In this document: one piece after another, positions 27,996 to 37,955 of the stretch | Layout of the letters: the number at the start of each line of letters is the position of its first letter | Position numbering within the stretch: position 1 is the stretch's first letter | Assembly (NCBI GenBank): GCA_043767805.1 | Contig: JAYUGC010000168.1 | Location: 1 to 51,631 of the forward strand | Source: Pseudomonadota bacterium | GTDB taxonomy: Bacteria; Bdellovibrionota; FAC87; UBA2466 | DNA: 51,631 nt | Direction of reading: 5' to 3' | The notes under the pieces: model-generated | The model's input: the letters and a program-made list of their open reading frames with translations, nothing else | Database searches by the model: none | What the model was told of the DNA's origin: nothing | Program-made: the position numbers and the translations under genes

Positions 27996-28463
27996 ATGAT
28001 CCACTACCGAAGACTACAATGGATTTTGCCTTTGGTCGTGGCCGGGCTAGTCGGCATCGGTGTGGCCAGAGACTTTTTTGGGAAAGAGGAGTGGTTTCCC
28101 TTTTTCGGCTGGTCCCTTTTTGTCGGCAAGGCCCCAAAGGGTGATCTCGCCTTTTCTTGCCGACCGTCTGAGCATAGCCCCTGGACACCGCTGCGAGTTC
28201 TCTTCAACAAGCTCACTCCCGGTGAACGGGCGATCTGGTACCGGCGCCTTCAAACCGTGGAGAGAAGGGCGCCCTCGGAGCACCGTCAATGGCTAGAGTC
28301 GCTTGCGAAGCGGGTCTCGAACCAGGCCGTTCAGTGTGTGGTTTATCGTCGAAAGATTGAAAAATCGGCAGGGGGATGGCAGACCTTTCCTTTGGAATCT
28401 AAGAACGGAATTGCTGAAATATCCCCACGGCATTGGGTGTGGGAGTGGCGGGGCTTGCCATGA
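27996..28463 (+). CDS. membrane-anchored hypothetical protein
   Basis: N-terminal TM segment, EWFPFFGWSLF motif; ATGA-coupled to the next gene. Confidence 0.6.
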   Translation: MIHYRRLQWILPLVVAGLVGIGVARDFFGKEEWFPFFGWSLFVGKAPKGDLAFSCRPSEHSPWTPLRVLFNKLTPGERAIWYRRLQTVERRAPSEHRQWLESLAKRVSNQAVQCVVYRRKIEKSAGGWQTFPLESKNGIAEISPRHWVWEWRGLP

Positions 28464-29317
28464 ATAAGCGATTCTCAGGAGCTGACTTGGCTCGCCCGGC
28501 GTATCGACGCGCTCGGATTTTTTACCTCCTTTGCTTATTTATTCCGCTGGAAGTGGCTTGGAACCTGGGAGACTTCCTCTCGGCTGAGCTGGGAGCCCCC
28601 TTGTGGCCATTGGTTTGGGTGCGCGGGATTGCCACGCAATGGATTCTGGCTGCGCTCTCGGTTGGATTAGCGGTGAGCGCGTTGTCGTCGGCGCGATCGT
28701 TCGGAATTTTAGCGCGCGTCTCAGTGAGTCTGACTCTCTTTTTTCTCCTTGCTCTCGAGGGTTCTCAGGGGAAGATTCTCCACAGCGGGCATCTCTGTCT
28801 CTGGATTAGCTTCGTCTTCCTCTGGTTGCCCCCGCCGAGCCCCCGGCGGTCCACTCAGCTTCAGGCCCGGTTGGTTGTCGCTTGGGCCTCCGCTCTCGTT
28901 TTTCTCGTTTATTCGACAGCGGGACTCAACAAACTCGCCGTTTCTTTCTTGCGCTGGCCGGGTTGGTTCAGCGATTCCGCTGTTTCTGATGCCATGGCGT
29001 TGCACGCACTGAGTGGTGGGGCGGCATCCGTACCGATGTTCCCGCCGGCTTGGGGACTAGTCCTCGCGTTCGGTTACTTCGTCTGTCTGGTTCCTTCCCT
29101 TGGCGTCGCTTTTGTTCCCGGCGGTTCGAGATTGTGGATGTTTGGTCTGATTTGCTTTCATCTGTTGAACGCTGGACTGATGCATATCTATTTTACGATG
29201 AACGTATTTTTACTCATCCTATTTGGATCGAGCCGCGACCCTTTGAGGCTGTTACGCTGGCGACGTCGACGTCGACGGAGAGGGGAAAGTTTTCAGAGAG
29301 AGCCGGCCTGCCCATAG
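28460..29317 (+). CDS. HTTM-like membrane protein
   Basis: GKILH, VYSTAGLNKL (YxxAGxxK), FHLLNAGLMHIYF; multiple TM segments. Confidence 0.55.
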   Translation: MNKRFSGADLARPAYRRARIFYLLCLFIPLEVAWNLGDFLSAELGAPLWPLVWVRGIATQWILAALSVGLAVSALSSARSFGILARVSVSLTLFFLLALEGSQGKILHSGHLCLWISFVFLWLPPPSPRRSTQLQARLVVAWASALVFLVYSTAGLNKLAVSFLRWPGWFSDSAVSDAMALHALSGGAASVPMFPPAWGLVLAFGYFVCLVPSLGVAFVPGGSRLWMFGLICFHLLNAGLMHIYFTMNVFLLILFGSSRDPLRLLRWRRRRRRRGESFQREPACP

Positions 29318-30304
29318 CCACAGGAGCAAGCCTAGAGTGGCTCCCAGGGCGGCACAGTTCAGATGAGCCCAGTAAAATAGACTAAAGCCGAACGCAAACC
29401 GGGCGCCTCGGCGCTGGTAAATGAATTTCAGTAGGGTTCTGCTCACGAAGAGCCACCCCGCAAGGACGACCAGGAGAGGCACCGCGCCTAGGGAAGGAAG
29501 AAGGGCGAGAGCCGGGTAAAGGGCGAGGCTGAACGAAAGCGCGATGAGCGATCCTGGCCGCAAATTGAGATCGGCGGTACGAGCGACTTTGTCCTCAAGT
29601 AGAAGCCTCGTCCAAGGCGCCGCTCTATCAAAGACGTCGGCCCAAAGAGATTGGCCGAGCGAAAGCCTCTTGGCGTGACTTCCCGTAAGATCTTTGAGGA
29701 CGTGAATCCTGTGACCGGCGCGTTTCAGACGAGTTCCCAATTCGACGTCTTCCAGCATGCGAAGAGTTTCATCAAACCGTCCCACCTCGACAAAAGCGCT
29801 TCGGCGTACGGCGCCCAGTCCGGTCCAAAAAGAGTGACTCTCCTGCCGGGCACTTTGGTGCACATAGTGATGCAAGAGATGACGGGCCTGAGAGACGAAG
29901 TTTTTAGCGCTGGGGGCCGAATCATAGGAACCGAATAGGGCCGTCACCTCAGGGTATTTTTCAAAGTACTCACGAATGCGACTGGTCATGTCCTTCGGAA
30001 CGAGCACGTCCGAATCGACGAAAATCAAAATATCCCCTGCTGCGCGGCCGGCCCCCGCGTTTCGGGCGGTAGCGGGGCAAGTAGGCTGAGGAGAGCCGTT
30101 CAAAAACTGGGTTCCCGGAAGCGGAGGCTGTTCCAGGTGGCACCCGTTCAAGCTGAACCAGATCTCGTCCGGACGGGGATCGAGCTGAGAAAGCGCTTCG
30201 ACACAGGACAGGAAACTCGCGTCCAACCGGTGCACCGGCACAATAAGGGTACAGGAGAGGCGCGAGGTGGTTGGGCCTTCGCTTTTGTCTATAGGAGTCA
30301 TCAT
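29252..30304 (-). CDS. GT2 glycosyltransferase with C-terminal TM helices
   Basis: PATARNAG, FVDSD, FDE...EDVELG. Confidence 0.88.
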   Translation of the reverse strand: MMTPIDKSEGPTTSRLSCTLIVPVHRLDASFLSCVEALSQLDPRPDEIWFSLNGCHLEQPPLPGTQFLNGSPQPTCPATARNAGAGRAAGDILIFVDSDVLVPKDMTSRIREYFEKYPEVTALFGSYDSAPSAKNFVSQARHLLHHYVHQSARQESHSFWTGLGAVRRSAFVEVGRFDETLRMLEDVELGTRLKRAGHRIHVLKDLTGSHAKRLSLGQSLWADVFDRAAPWTRLLLEDKVARTADLNLRPGSLIALSFSLALYPALALLPSLGAVPLLVVLAGWLFVSRTLLKFIYQRRGARFAFGFSLFYWAHLNCAALGATLGLLLWLWAGRLSLKTFPSPSTSTSPA

Positions 30305-30816
30305 GAAAGAGGAGCGAACTCGGCCTTGAGTTCTTCTCTATTTAACGGCCGCGGCCGAAGCTGTCATGCCGCGGGAGGAGAGGCTTTGCCGAGGGGAGAA
30401 GGAGGCCGCGATTTGAGCGAAGACTCCCTCGTGCCGCGCGTCACTTCGATATAACAGGGTGCTTGCAGGTAGGGTTTGTTATCCGAACGGACGTGCCGTC
30501 CTCGGTTTTTGAAAGAAGCCAAAGCGGCGGAATGTCTCAGCCGGTTGGCGGCACCGTGCTAAAAATTCTTGCCCGGTTTCCAATAACCAAGTCGGCATTT
30601 TTTTCCCAGTCGTCGCAAGGCGGATGGTAAACGATCTCCTCGTAATATGAGTCCCGTCTGAGGTGAGCGGGGATCGCCCCTATGATGGGCAGAGGTGCCA
30701 CATTACCCGGCCGTAGATTTGGCCAGAACCGTAGATGACGGCCCGAATAAATCCATTCACGTCGGCCGCTCCGACTATGGATCTGACTTCATGGAAGGTT
30801 GTGAACTCGTCCCTGG

Positions 30817-31899
30817 CTAGGGGGAGGTACGCGAGCCTACCAAGGGAGCGAGGCGGGTAGCTACCGTGCGATGTCCGCGTTCATTCATATGGTCATCCAA
30901 CACAAAATGGGCCTCGGGTCCCAGATCTCTGGAAAGATCGAGTACAGTCATCTGCTTGAATTGAGGAGGAAGGGGTTGTTCGGACAGGAGTTGCCTAAGT
31001 GCCGCGCCAAATCTGCCGTCATTGGGAGTGTAGACTTTGTTTTCAAAGACAATGATTTGAACCTGGCTCAGATCTTTAGTCGATCCTTTCCTCACCGCGT
31101 TCAAAAAAGCCGCGGCGCTTTCCTGGGGAGTAGCGAGTTCGGCTTGACGCTTTTCTTGGTCATTGCCGACTATGAATCGGGTGAGAGCGAGAGAGTACTT
31201 TCCGAAGTAATACTTGGTGGCTTGGGCGTGGGCGGCTTGGAGAGATTCCAGAATCTCCTTACTTTGTATGTCGAGCTTATTGGCGTTGTCTAGAAAGGTG
31301 CGGTTTTCCCGGTAGTCATTGTCGCAGTACGCGATCACCAAAAATCTCAGTCCGGACGTGTCGACTCGGTTCAGCATCCGCATTTCCCGAACCGTTCCGT
31401 AGGAGGAAATGCTGGCATTGAGAGTCTTTCGGTCAGTCATCTTTTGTAATATTTTGGGGAAAGTTTCGTCCTGTGCTACGCCCCAGCCCATGGCGAACGA
31501 GTCTCCCAGGACGACTACTTCAGGCGCCGAAAGCGAGTTTTCGTCATCGCGCACGCCAAGGCTATTCGTAGTGAACGCCACCGAAAATTCAATATTGGAG
31601 AAAAGAAATCGTGCTTGAGGTTTCAGGGTGTAAAAGAGATCCGGATGGTAGGTGGTTGCGGTAGGGGAGAGTGAAACTATGTTTCGAACGTGGTCGCGAT
31701 AAATCGATCGGGTGACGGTTCGTACCCATTCAGGCAATAGAGCCACGGCTCCCGGCGTGTGCAGGAGGGCGGCGACGGCAAGCTCCAAGAGGGCGAACGC
31801 GATCCCTACAAAACAGATAGAGAGCGCCACGAGTTTAAGTCCCCTTCGCTTTTCAGTGGGGCCGGAGTTGGTCCCCGCATTGAGGCGAAAGCGAATCAT
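30817..31899 (-). CDS. SGNH/GDSL hydrolase-fold protein
   Basis: TNSLGVRD, VLGDSFAMGWGV, CDND, DDHMNERGH; ATG 31899 overlaps the upstream stop. Confidence 0.85.
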   Translation of the reverse strand: MIRFRLNAGTNSGPTEKRRGLKLVALSICFVGIAFALLELAVAALLHTPGAVALLPEWVRTVTRSIYRDHVRNIVSLSPTATTYHPDLFYTLKPQARFLFSNIEFSVAFTTNSLGVRDDENSLSAPEVVVLGDSFAMGWGVAQDETFPKILQKMTDRKTLNASISSYGTVREMRMLNRVDTSGLRFLVIAYCDNDYRENRTFLDNANKLDIQSKEILESLQAAHAQATKYYFGKYSLALTRFIVGNDQEKRQAELATPQESAAAFLNAVRKGSTKDLSQVQIIVFENKVYTPNDGRFGAALRQLLSEQPLPPQFKQMTVLDLSRDLGPEAHFVLDDHMNERGHRTVATRLAPLVGSRTSP

Positions 31900-32795
31900 C
31901 GCAGTGGGCTCGCCCCGAGGCGATATCGGATGGCCTCGGTCCATTCCACGAGACGAAGCAGAATCGCTATTCCAATAACTTGGGCCGTCTTCATAATTCC
32001 GAAAGTTCGGCGATGGCGGAGGGTTTGAATCATTCCCCTGCCATACTGCTCGAAACGGTGAGCGAGGGTTTGGTGAGAGGTGAGTTGCAGGCGGCCACCT
32101 GCTACCCGGCGGCAACGTTGCATGAGGTCTGCTACCGATCGGCGAGCGCGGTGGTGCACCACCGCATCCGGTGCGAATTGCTGGCGGTATCCCGCCGCAA
32201 AGACCCTCTGCCCCCATTCTACATCTCCGCCCGATCGCAACTGCGGATTAAAGGGACCAACGGTATCAAATACCGAGCGGTAAGTGAAAAGGTTCGCCGT
32301 TGCGGCAAAGTGTTCCCGGATAAGATAGTCGGACTGTCGAAATCCGACGATGCTCTCATAGAGTTCCGAGGCATTAGGTCTGTCTGGATCGGAAACTCCA
32401 ATCGGAAGGCTTCCCCCCACTAAGCCGCAGTTGGCGGTTCGCCCCAAGCAGGTGACTCCGTTTCGAATCCAATTTCGGTCGGGCTCGCAGTCGGCATCGG
32501 TAAAGGCGAGCACGCTTCCCGCCGAGTGACGAACCCCGGTATTTCGGGAACGATAGCTTCCTGGCTCCGCTTCGCGTAGTAAGGTGGCGCCGAGACAAGC
32601 TTCCTCCGGCAGGGGGTTGGAAGTGTCGTTGTCGACGATGAGAATTTCCAAAAGTTCGGAAGGGTAGTTCTGTTGGCGCAATGCGCTAAGGCAAAGGGCG
32701 AGGTCGGCCTTATGGCCGTAGACCGGTACGATTACCGAAACAGTCGGTAGCTCTTGATTCAGGCGGACCACCTCTGGAAAGGGCCTGTGCATCAC
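31896..32795 (-). CDS. GT2 glycosyltransferase
   Basis: VSVIVPVY, IVDN, GSYRSRN, FTDADC, SGGDVEW. Confidence 0.9.
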   Translation of the reverse strand: MMHRPFPEVVRLNQELPTVSVIVPVYGHKADLALCLSALRQQNYPSELLEILIVDNDTSNPLPEEACLGATLLREAEPGSYRSRNTGVRHSAGSVLAFTDADCEPDRNWIRNGVTCLGRTANCGLVGGSLPIGVSDPDRPNASELYESIVGFRQSDYLIREHFAATANLFTYRSVFDTVGPFNPQLRSGGDVEWGQRVFAAGYRQQFAPDAVVHHRARRSVADLMQRCRRVAGGRLQLTSHQTLAHRFEQYGRGMIQTLRHRRTFGIMKTAQVIGIAILLRLVEWTEAIRYRLGASPLR

Positions 32796-32905
32796 GGTTC
32801 AGGGAGCGTAAAGCTTAGCCCGAGCGATGTCCCCTTGCAACGAGGGCAGAGTAGGGGAGGGGGCGAGTCTGCTCGGGCTGGTATTCTTGGGACGGCCGTG
32901 CGTGA

Positions 32906-33100
32906 AACGCGACAGAATTTAGTTACGGGTTCTCCCTTTTTCACGCAATAGTTCACCGCATCTTAACACCGAGGTTGAAGGACTATGACCTCGGTCTCTA
33001 TGCCGCTTGCGCTGGCGTAGTCGTTGTCACAATCCTACTTGCCTGGATTTCGAGTGAGTACTTGGTGCAACCGCTTTGAAGGCTGGGCCAAAAGCGCATA
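32906..33100 (+). pseudogene. C-terminal relic of an acyltransferase-3 (OafA-like) gene
   Basis: Manual translation from 32906 gives ...FSYGFSLFHAIVHR...VTILLAWISSEYLVQPL*RLGQK, matching the SYxxYLxH...AxxSxxxxExP pattern; no start codon, internal stop. Confidence 0.55.
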
Positions 33101-33132
33101 TGCCGAATGATTTTCCAAAACGGTTAGCGGTG

Positions 33133-34323
33133 CTATTTGGTGGAGGCCAAGTAAAGAGCTCGGGCATCGACCGCAAGGTGGATAAGAGTGATGTCATCGG
33201 GAAGGGCGCCGTGGGCGCGGTAGGCATCGACGATGCCCATGATCTCGTTCTGCACTTCCAGAGGATCAGGCGACGTCTCTTTGGCGGCGACCAGGTTCCG
33301 CACCTTCTGGCGCGCGAGCTCGAGGGGCGCCTCGAGGCCGTCGGTGTGCAGTAAGAGCAAATCACCGGGCTCCAACCGGAAGGACTGTTCGCGAAACGCG
33401 AAATGATCCATGCCTCCCAAAGGCGGCGCTTTCGGAATGGTGCCGAGATCGACCGGGATGCCGGCGCGCCATACGGTGGGTTGGAGATTTCCCGCCACGC
33501 AGAAATGAAACTCGAGGGAGCTTCTATCCAAGATGCCGTAGAGTAGCGACATGGTTGCGAGCTCCTTTTCGTGGAGGTTTCGGATCTCGGTATTGAGAAA
33601 TTCCATGAAGGACTTCGCATCGGGAAAGCGGTCCTTCATCTCTTCAAGGCGCACTTTTAAAAGTACGGCGAGAAGCGTCGCGGCCATGCCGTGACTCTTG
33701 GAATCTGCAAGCAGAAAGCCGTACCGTTTGCGATCTCCGAACTCGAAAATATCGTAGTAGTCGCCGCCGACGCCCGCCGCGGGAATGTACTTCACCGCGA
33801 GAGAAATCCCCGGAATGTCGGGAGAGCGCTTCGGAAGGAGCGAGCGCTGGATGTTGCCGGCAAGGCCCACATTGCGCTCAAACTGGGCGACGAGCCGTTC
33901 CGACGATCGGGTGAGCTCATCGTAATGGGTCTTTAGCAGCGCGTTTTGTTTTTCCAGGTCCCCCATCCGGAGGCGAAGCTCTTGAAACTCCGCCGCCTTC
34001 TGGAGCGCGAACCAAAACGTGGATTGCCAGTACTCGGCGGCCCACACATCGTTCTTCTCGGTGCAGGCGAGAAGCGCCCGTTGCCAGTCCGAGTCCGCGA
34101 GCCAGGCTTCGGGCAAAACGAGCGCTATCCACAGCTCGGGCGCCGCTTTTCGAAGGGCTCTCAGATCTTTTAACGAGCCTGCGGTCTTCGGCGCGAACAC
34201 GAGGAGGTCGGGCAAATCGAGTACGTCGGGGAGACGGCGCGCCGTTTCAAAGGGGAACTTGCCCGCGACGAGCCCCCGTTTGAGGTCTTCCTCGGGCTGA
34301 ACTCCGATGAACGCGATATTCAT
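33133..34323 (-). CDS. SpoIIE/RsbU-type PP2C phosphatase with coiled coil
   Basis: IQRSLLP, VGGDYYD, LADSKSHG, HTDGLE, DDITL. Confidence 0.9.
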   Translation of the reverse strand: MNIAFIGVQPEEDLKRGLVAGKFPFETARRLPDVLDLPDLLVFAPKTAGSLKDLRALRKAAPELWIALVLPEAWLADSDWQRALLACTEKNDVWAAEYWQSTFWFALQKAAEFQELRLRMGDLEKQNALLKTHYDELTRSSERLVAQFERNVGLAGNIQRSLLPKRSPDIPGISLAVKYIPAAGVGGDYYDIFEFGDRKRYGFLLADSKSHGMAATLLAVLLKVRLEEMKDRFPDAKSFMEFLNTEIRNLHEKELATMSLLYGILDRSSLEFHFCVAGNLQPTVWRAGIPVDLGTIPKAPPLGGMDHFAFREQSFRLEPGDLLLLHTDGLEAPLELARQKVRNLVAAKETSPDPLEVQNEIMGIVDAYRAHGALPDDITLIHLAVDARALYLASTK

Positions 34324-34712
34324 GAAAGCGTGCCGCCGTTCGTGTCATCGTCGTGAGGCTCCGAAGTGTTCCGGATTCTCTCTTCGACGTCTTCGTTCAA
34401 AGTTTCGTTGAGCCGTCCTCCCAGCATGGAGGAAACGGCGCCGCGCGGGGCAGGCGAGCGCGGGAAGAGCTTTCGCTTCATGCGCTGATTTTGCATGTAG
34501 AGCACCATCAGCTCGATGCTGCAAAGCAGGCCCGCGAAAATCATGCCGACCAAAGCGCTCGTTAAGACGACGAAGCCCAAAGCCGAAGGGCTAGTCGATT
34601 TCTGCCCGAAGCGCACCACGACTTCAGCCGGGTTCTGGTGCACGAAGGCAACGCCCAAGTAAGAAAGAAAAACGAGGATGGCGAAGAGCGGGATGATCTT
34701 TAAGCCCTTCAT
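34320..34712 (-). CDS. LapA (DUF1049) family membrane protein
   Basis: Two TM segments around FVHQN..V.VRF, followed by a basic tail. Confidence 0.7.
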   Translation of the reverse strand: MKGLKIIPLFAILVFLSYLGVAFVHQNPAEVVVRFGQKSTSPSALGFVVLTSALVGMIFAGLLCSIELMVLYMQNQRMKRKLFPRSPAPRGAVSSMLGGRLNETLNEDVEERIRNTSEPHDDDTNGGTLS

Positions 34713-35200
34713 CTGAGCCTCGCGAAGTAAGGCGCGAGCGAATCATAGCTCGACATCAGGTGCTGCGGCATCGCGCGCGTATCGGCGATGACCGGCATGA
34801 AATTATTGTCTCCGAGCCAGCGCGGCACGACGTGAAGATGGAGATGATCCTTGATGCCCGCGCCGCCCGCGGTGCCCAGGTTCATGCCGAGGTTGTAGCC
34901 ACCCGGCTGATAGGCTCCCGCGAGCGCTTTTACGCCGTGCTGAGCGAGATCGTGCATCTCGGCGGATTCTTCCGCCGTCATCGAGACGAAGTCCGCCGTG
35001 TGCCGAAGCGGCACGATCATCAGGTGGCCGTTCGCGTAGGGGTACTTGTTCATGATCACGAAGTTGAGCTTTCCACGGTGGAGGATCAGATTTTCGCGAT
35101 CGCCGGACTGCCTGGGCAAGCTGCAAAAGACGCAGCCGTCGTCCTTCGGGCCTTTCAAAAAATCCATTCGCCAAGGGGCCCAAATTTGTTTCGTAGACAT
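34709..35200 (-). CDS. HIT family hydrolase (Ap4A phosphorylase-like)
   Basis: IWAPWR, CVFC, NKYPYANGHLMIVP, HLHLHVVPRW. Confidence 0.92.
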   Translation of the reverse strand: MSTKQIWAPWRMDFLKGPKDDGCVFCSLPRQSGDRENLILHRGKLNFVIMNKYPYANGHLMIVPLRHTADFVSMTAEESAEMHDLAQHGVKALAGAYQPGGYNLGMNLGTAGGAGIKDHLHLHVVPRWLGDNNFMPVIADTRAMPQHLMSSYDSLAPYFARLR

Positions 35201-35241
35201 AGGATTCGCCTGCCTTCCTATCGGAGAAGTAAGCGTTTTTC

Positions 35242-36435
35242 TTAACGAAGGGTGATCGGATTGTAAAACAGATAGGGCGAGTCTTGCCCGAGGAGAAGGC
35301 CAAAAAGGGTGTGGACTTGTGCCCAGATTTCCACACGGTAGACGCCGGGCGTTGTAGCCGGGAGGCGCGCCGTTCCGGCGATGGTGGTCTCGCTCTCCAG
35401 ATTCCCGTCTTTCCAAAGTCGCACCACGGCTTTGTAGGGAAATCCGCCGGGGAGCTTTACCAGGAAGGCGCAGCCATCGGCGAACTTCGCGCTCTCTCCG
35501 CTGCGCGCTATGCCTTCGGAGCCGCATTCGTAGGCCCAGTCCGCGCCGTCGACGGGATAAAGATAGGGATAGGCGACCGCCATGTGTCCCTGACGGACGG
35601 CTTGAAACAAGGCATTGCGACGCGCTTCGAAATCCTCGGGCGGCGGGCCGGGCGGAAGAAACACCAGATTCGAGGCGATCTTAAAAACCTCTCCGTAATC
35701 GGGCCAGCGCACGGAGAAGTCTTTGCGCAAAATGAGTTTCGCATGAGCGTCGTGCCCGAGAAAGCCAAAGTGCCCGCTCGACATGGAGTTGAGCGAGTCC
35801 CACGCCACGAAGTCTTTCTTATAAACCTCGGTAAAGCGGGCGACGGCCAAAAAAACGTTCGCGGGAAAGAGCGCCAGGGTGGCCGCGAAGCTCAAGGACG
35901 AATCGTAGAACTCGCGCTGCCAAGCAGAATCGAAGTTCACGATCTCGACGCCTTCGGGAATGCGATCGAGTCTATCCCAAGGACGCTTCAAGTTACTGGG
36001 GTGCGCGACCGCGACGAAAAGATCAGCGGCCGAACCAGTGCCGAGCAGATGGCTCCAGGAAAGATCCACGAGCGCTTGATCGCTTCGGGACTCCATGAGC
36101 TGGGTCGGGAAGAAGGTGAGCAGATGACCCGCCGGCGTCGAAGCTTCCATCGCCACGAACACGTCGACGCCGTCGTAATTGGCTTCCTGTCCCGCGCGTT
36201 TGGCGCCCATGTTGTCGTGATCGGTGACGACGACGAAGTCGAGGCCCGCCTGTTTGGCGCCCGCCGCGATTTCCGGAATGGTCCCGCCGCCGTCATGAGA
36301 AAAGTGGGAATGGACGTGAAGCGCTCCGAGACGGAAAGGGCGCTGGGCGGTGGACGGCGGTACGCGCGTCGGCAAGACGGAATAGATTTCCGCGAGCCCC
36401 AGGAGAACCACAGCAAAGAGAAGCCAATGGCGCAT
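35242..36435 (-). CDS. PHP-domain metallohydrolase, membrane-associated
   Basis: LHVHSHFSHDG, TDHD, AHP, DAH, C-terminal NPI. Confidence 0.85.
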   Translation of the reverse strand: MRHWLLFAVVLLGLAEIYSVLPTRVPPSTAQRPFRLGALHVHSHFSHDGGGTIPEIAAGAKQAGLDFVVVTDHDNMGAKRAGQEANYDGVDVFVAMEASTPAGHLLTFFPTQLMESRSDQALVDLSWSHLLGTGSAADLFVAVAHPSNLKRPWDRLDRIPEGVEIVNFDSAWQREFYDSSLSFAATLALFPANVFLAVARFTEVYKKDFVAWDSLNSMSSGHFGFLGHDAHAKLILRKDFSVRWPDYGEVFKIASNLVFLPPGPPPEDFEARRNALFQAVRQGHMAVAYPYLYPVDGADWAYECGSEGIARSGESAKFADGCAFLVKLPGGFPYKAVVRLWKDGNLESETTIAGTARLPATTPGVYRVEIWAQVHTLFGLLLGQDSPYLFYNPITLR

Positions 36436-36452
36436 CGTGAACTATTGCCTCT

Positions 36453-37955
36453 CTATGGCGAGGGCCGGCTGGGCGCCGCCCCTTTCGAAAAACGAAAAAC
36501 CGCAAGCCGGCCCGCCGCTTTTTCGCGCACGGTGACGGGCACTTCGGTCACGAGCTCCCTTTGACCGAAGCAAGCGAGCGACGGATCGGTAAACCCGTTC
36601 TCGACCAAGGCAAGCACGTTGTTTTGCTCGCAGACTTGCACGGGATCTCTCATGCGGAAATGGTGCATGCGGCCGCCTCCGGTCGGGCGAGACGAGACAC
36701 CAAAATAATTCAAATAGGATTGCCACTGGTAGGTGAACGCAAAGACCGGCTCTCCCGGCACCTTCTCGGCCAACGCCGCGGCGAGGTGCTTGGTGGCGTC
36801 GAACTTTCCATTGAGCGCGGAGTAGCGATCCTTTTCGACGGGGAGGGCGCCGATGGGGTGCATGCTATGAATGAGTAAAGCCCCGCTCACCACAAAAGCG
36901 GGAGCCATGCAAAGGGCGATGAAGACTCTCGCCGCCGTCTTGAACGAGTTATCCTCGAAAAGCGTTTGAGCGACTGGCCAGAACGTGACGTAGGCCACGA
37001 TCCCCCAGTTCCCTTCCATCGGCGCGCGAGTGGCCTGGATCAGAAACAGAGAGAGGGGCACCAGGAAGAAATAGAGAAAGACTTGAAGGTCGGGCAGGGC
37101 GGACAGTCGTTTGCGAAACCCCAAAATCCAGGGAAGCACCACGAAGGGTAAGGCGCCGACTAGCAAGACTTGCGCGGAAAGGTAGTTCCAGAACGCCGCG
37201 GGCGCGGTCGCGCCGAGCGAATGGTTCCACTGAAACTTCACCGGGAGAAACCCGTTCTGAATGTTGTAAATCAGTATCGGAACCGCGACCAAGGCCGCGA
37301 TCCCGGCGTGAAGCGCGAAGCCCTTCAGCCACGCGCGCGGCCGGTAATTGAAAAGACAAAGCAAGCCGAAGCAAACGGGGGCCAAGGCCATCGTGTACTT
37401 GCTGAGGAGACCGAGTCCCAGACAAACCCCACCCAGCGCCCACAAAGCGGAAGGAATCGGCGACTGGTGGTACACCCGGCGCATGGGATCGGCGCTCCAC
37501 TCCTGCAGCCTCCGGTTCACGCTCACGCCCCAAAGCGCGTAGAGAAGCCAGAAGACCATGAGGGGAACGTCCGGTGTCATGTAAATCGAGAGCACCAGTA
37601 CGATGGGACTGAAAGCGACCGCAAGCAGCAAGCCCCTCGATCGCATTTGCAACGCGAGTAAGCCCAAGACCAGCGTGCTAGCGAGGCTTGCAAAAAAACG
37701 GATGCCGAACGCGTTTTGCCCGAAAATCGCCGTGGAAACTCGAATGAGATACGCCACCATGGGCGGGTGATCGAAATAGCTCCATTGCAGATGCCGCGCC
37801 CAGCTCCAGTAATAGAGCTCGTCTTCCGCGAGAGGAAAATGGAAGGACAGTAGAAAGTGGAACAGAGTGAACGCGATGAGCCCGAGGGCGAGGCCCCGGT
37901 TACCCAGTCCGGTCGTCCACTGTGAGGATTGGGCGCCGAGCTGCTCCCACCTCAT
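36453..37955 (-). CDS. ArnT/PMT-family (GT-C) glycosyltransferase
   Basis: DELYYWSW...SYFDHPPM, TPDVP, GLLSKYT; start uncertain, overlaps the gcvPB end. Confidence 0.85.
   Translation of the reverse strand: MRWEQLGAQSSQWTTGLGNRGLALGLIAFTLFHFLLSFHFPLAEDELYYWSWARHLQWSYFDHPPMVAYLIRVSTAIFGQNAFGIRFFASLASTLVLGLLALQMRSRGLLLAVAFSPIVLVLSIYMTPDVPLMVFWLLYALWGVSVNRRLQEWSADPMRRVYHQSPIPSALWALGGVCLGLGLLSKYTMALAPVCFGLLCLFNYRPRAWLKGFALHAGIAALVAVPILIYNIQNGFLPVKFQWNHSLGATAPAAFWNYLSAQVLLVGALPFVVLPWILGFRKRLSALPDLQVFLYFFLVPLSLFLIQATRAPMEGNWGIVAYVTFWPVAQTLFEDNSFKTAARVFIALCMAPAFVVSGALLIHSMHPIGALPVEKDRYSALNGKFDATKHLAAALAEKVPGEPVFAFTYQWQSYLNYFGVSSRPTGGGRMHHFRMRDPVQVCEQNNVLALVENGFTDPSLACFGQRELVTEVPVTVREKAAGRLAVFRFSKGAAPSRPSP

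Noticed and set aside
30305..30816. 0.5-kb gap with short protein-like frames on the minus strand
   Set aside because: I could not assign any family or RNA structure; possibly a decayed gene.
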